Below, in pieces: positions 63,101 to 64,000 of a DNA stretch of 64,000 nucleotides (position 1 is its first letter; the number at the start of each line of letters is the position of its first letter). This stretch comes from Bilabrum cf. latius (Eukaryota), in NCBI GenBank assembly GCA_965178125.1, contig OZ237746.1:434001-498000 (forward strand). The letters run 5' to 3'. The position numbers and the translations under genes were made by a program. The notes below the pieces were generated by a model. It did no database searches and was not told the origin of the DNA. It worked only from the letters and a program-made list of their open reading frames with translations.

Positions 63101-64000
63101 AGCGCAGCTCCAAATCGGACGCAGACGCTGATTCGAACTCAGGTGCGGATACTGATTTTCAGCAGGATGAAGATACCAGCGAGGCCGATTCACATGATGG
63201 CAGTGGCCAAGCGCCTGGACGGCGGCGGCCTGGCATCACACTGGCGCACACACGCGCTGAGTCTTCGACTTCGTCCTAGGCATCCTTTCCTTCTATGGCC
63301 CTGCCAGATCCTGCTTCATTGCAGTCTTCGATACCTGCAAATTCTGCATCCGTAGACTCTGGGTCTGTACCTGTGCCTGCAACTGCCCGAGGTACGACGT
63401 AGCCGAAGGAGATGCCAGCACGATAGCCCGCCCGCAAACGCGCCTCTTCAAAACAGGCAAGCCACGATTCAGTCCTTGTAAATGGCCGCTACAAGTCGAC
63501 AGGGCACGATTCAAAGATGTCTGCTTCACGTGGAGGAGTGAATGGAACAGCTGAGAATCGTGAGCCAGACATGGCGACAGCAACGGGCAGCAAGTCTCGC
63601 GGGAACCATCCGGCCACATCGGGGAAGACGAAGCCATTCAGGCTGCCTCGGCCTGCGTAGGGTGCCGCTGCTTCTACAGGTAAGGAAAGTTCGGCCCTCG
63701 ACAGCGTGAGGTTGGTGGCTCTCAAGCGTTCCTCTAGACAGCGGGTTGGCAAGCGCGGGCACATGAATGCTGTTCATGTACCCTCGCTAGAAACCTAGCC
63801 AGCTGCTATCGATCTCACTAGCGGGGAGACTGGCTCCAGTGCAGCTCAGCCAGCATCCTCCTCATCCTCGTCGTCCTCCTCATCATCAATGTCAATGGAG
63901 GTCTCTACACGGAGAGCCAGGTCTCGGTCTTCCTCCGTAGTGCCAGTCTCAGATCCCGCCATGGATGTCGTATCCCGCCTTCAACTTGTCAGGACCGGTG
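58727..64000 (+). CDS. Ubiquitin-specific protease, USP48/UBP26-like, 3'-partial (predicted introns 58881-58966, 59671-59811)
   Basis: Cys-box PAGIANLGATCFLNVC(TAG)(TAG)VL, QQDAAEY, NGYACQRC, LPPKLCVQINRF, His-box YELEAVIYHQGS..SGHY..W..CDD. The frame stays open to the window end with TAG-only breaks. Start at ATG 58727 or 58763. Confidence 0.85.
60128..60168 (+). repeat. (AGC)n microsatellite encoding poly-Ser within the USP gene
   Basis: Perfect cagcagc run. Confidence 0.9.
60975..61218 (+). repeat. Hexamer-based low-complexity repeat encoding (AP)n/(AQ)n
   Basis: Units gctcca, gcccca, gcccaa and gctcaa. Confidence 0.85.

Noticed and set aside
478-63777. Numerous antisense and alternate-frame ORFs in the track
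   Set aside because: These are shadow ORFs expected in GC-rich coding DNA and overlap better-supported genes.
1-64000. Region-wide pseudogenisation or RIP-like C-to-T mutation as the cause of internal stops
   Set aside because: Only TAG appears in frame, never TAA or TGA. There is only one frameshift in roughly 45 kb of CDS, and single-copy genes are affected as much as duplicates.
1-64000. Pyrrolysine, or A-to-I editing of UAG to Trp
   Set aside because: TAG aligns with Gln, not Trp or Lys, occurs dozens of times per gene, and no pyl genes are visible. U-to-C editing cannot be excluded without RNA data but is less parsimonious.
1-64000. tRNA-Gln(CUA) or other RNA gene
   Set aside because: No cloverleaf or rRNA signature was recognised by eye; this needs tRNAscan-SE or Infernal.

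Overview
GC-rich, gene-dense eukaryotic (protist-like) nuclear DNA with a few short GT-AG introns near gene 5' ends. Main result: the window appears to use a non-standard code in which TAG is a sense codon (best fit Gln), while TGA, and apparently TAA, still terminate. The fragmented ORF track joins into about 14 long genes when TAG is read through. One 14.2-kb exon holds about 38 in-frame TAGs and no TAA or TGA. TAG also fills the conserved Gln of a USP Cys-box and aligns to CAG at 8 paralog positions. A unique core (about 15.4-45.1 kb) contains tRNase Z, a QRT3-like beta-helix enzyme, a ~2,670-aa repeat-rich protein, a ~4,760-aa Trithorax/MLL-like SET protein and PRMT1. The core is flanked by inverted copies of a module: multi-TM hybrid histidine kinase, unknown gene X, and ankyrin-like gene(s). 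The arms carry local tandem duplications, pseudogene remnants and a 71-bp MITE. A USP48/UBP26-like gene runs off the right edge. All family calls come from manual motif recognition; no database searches were run.
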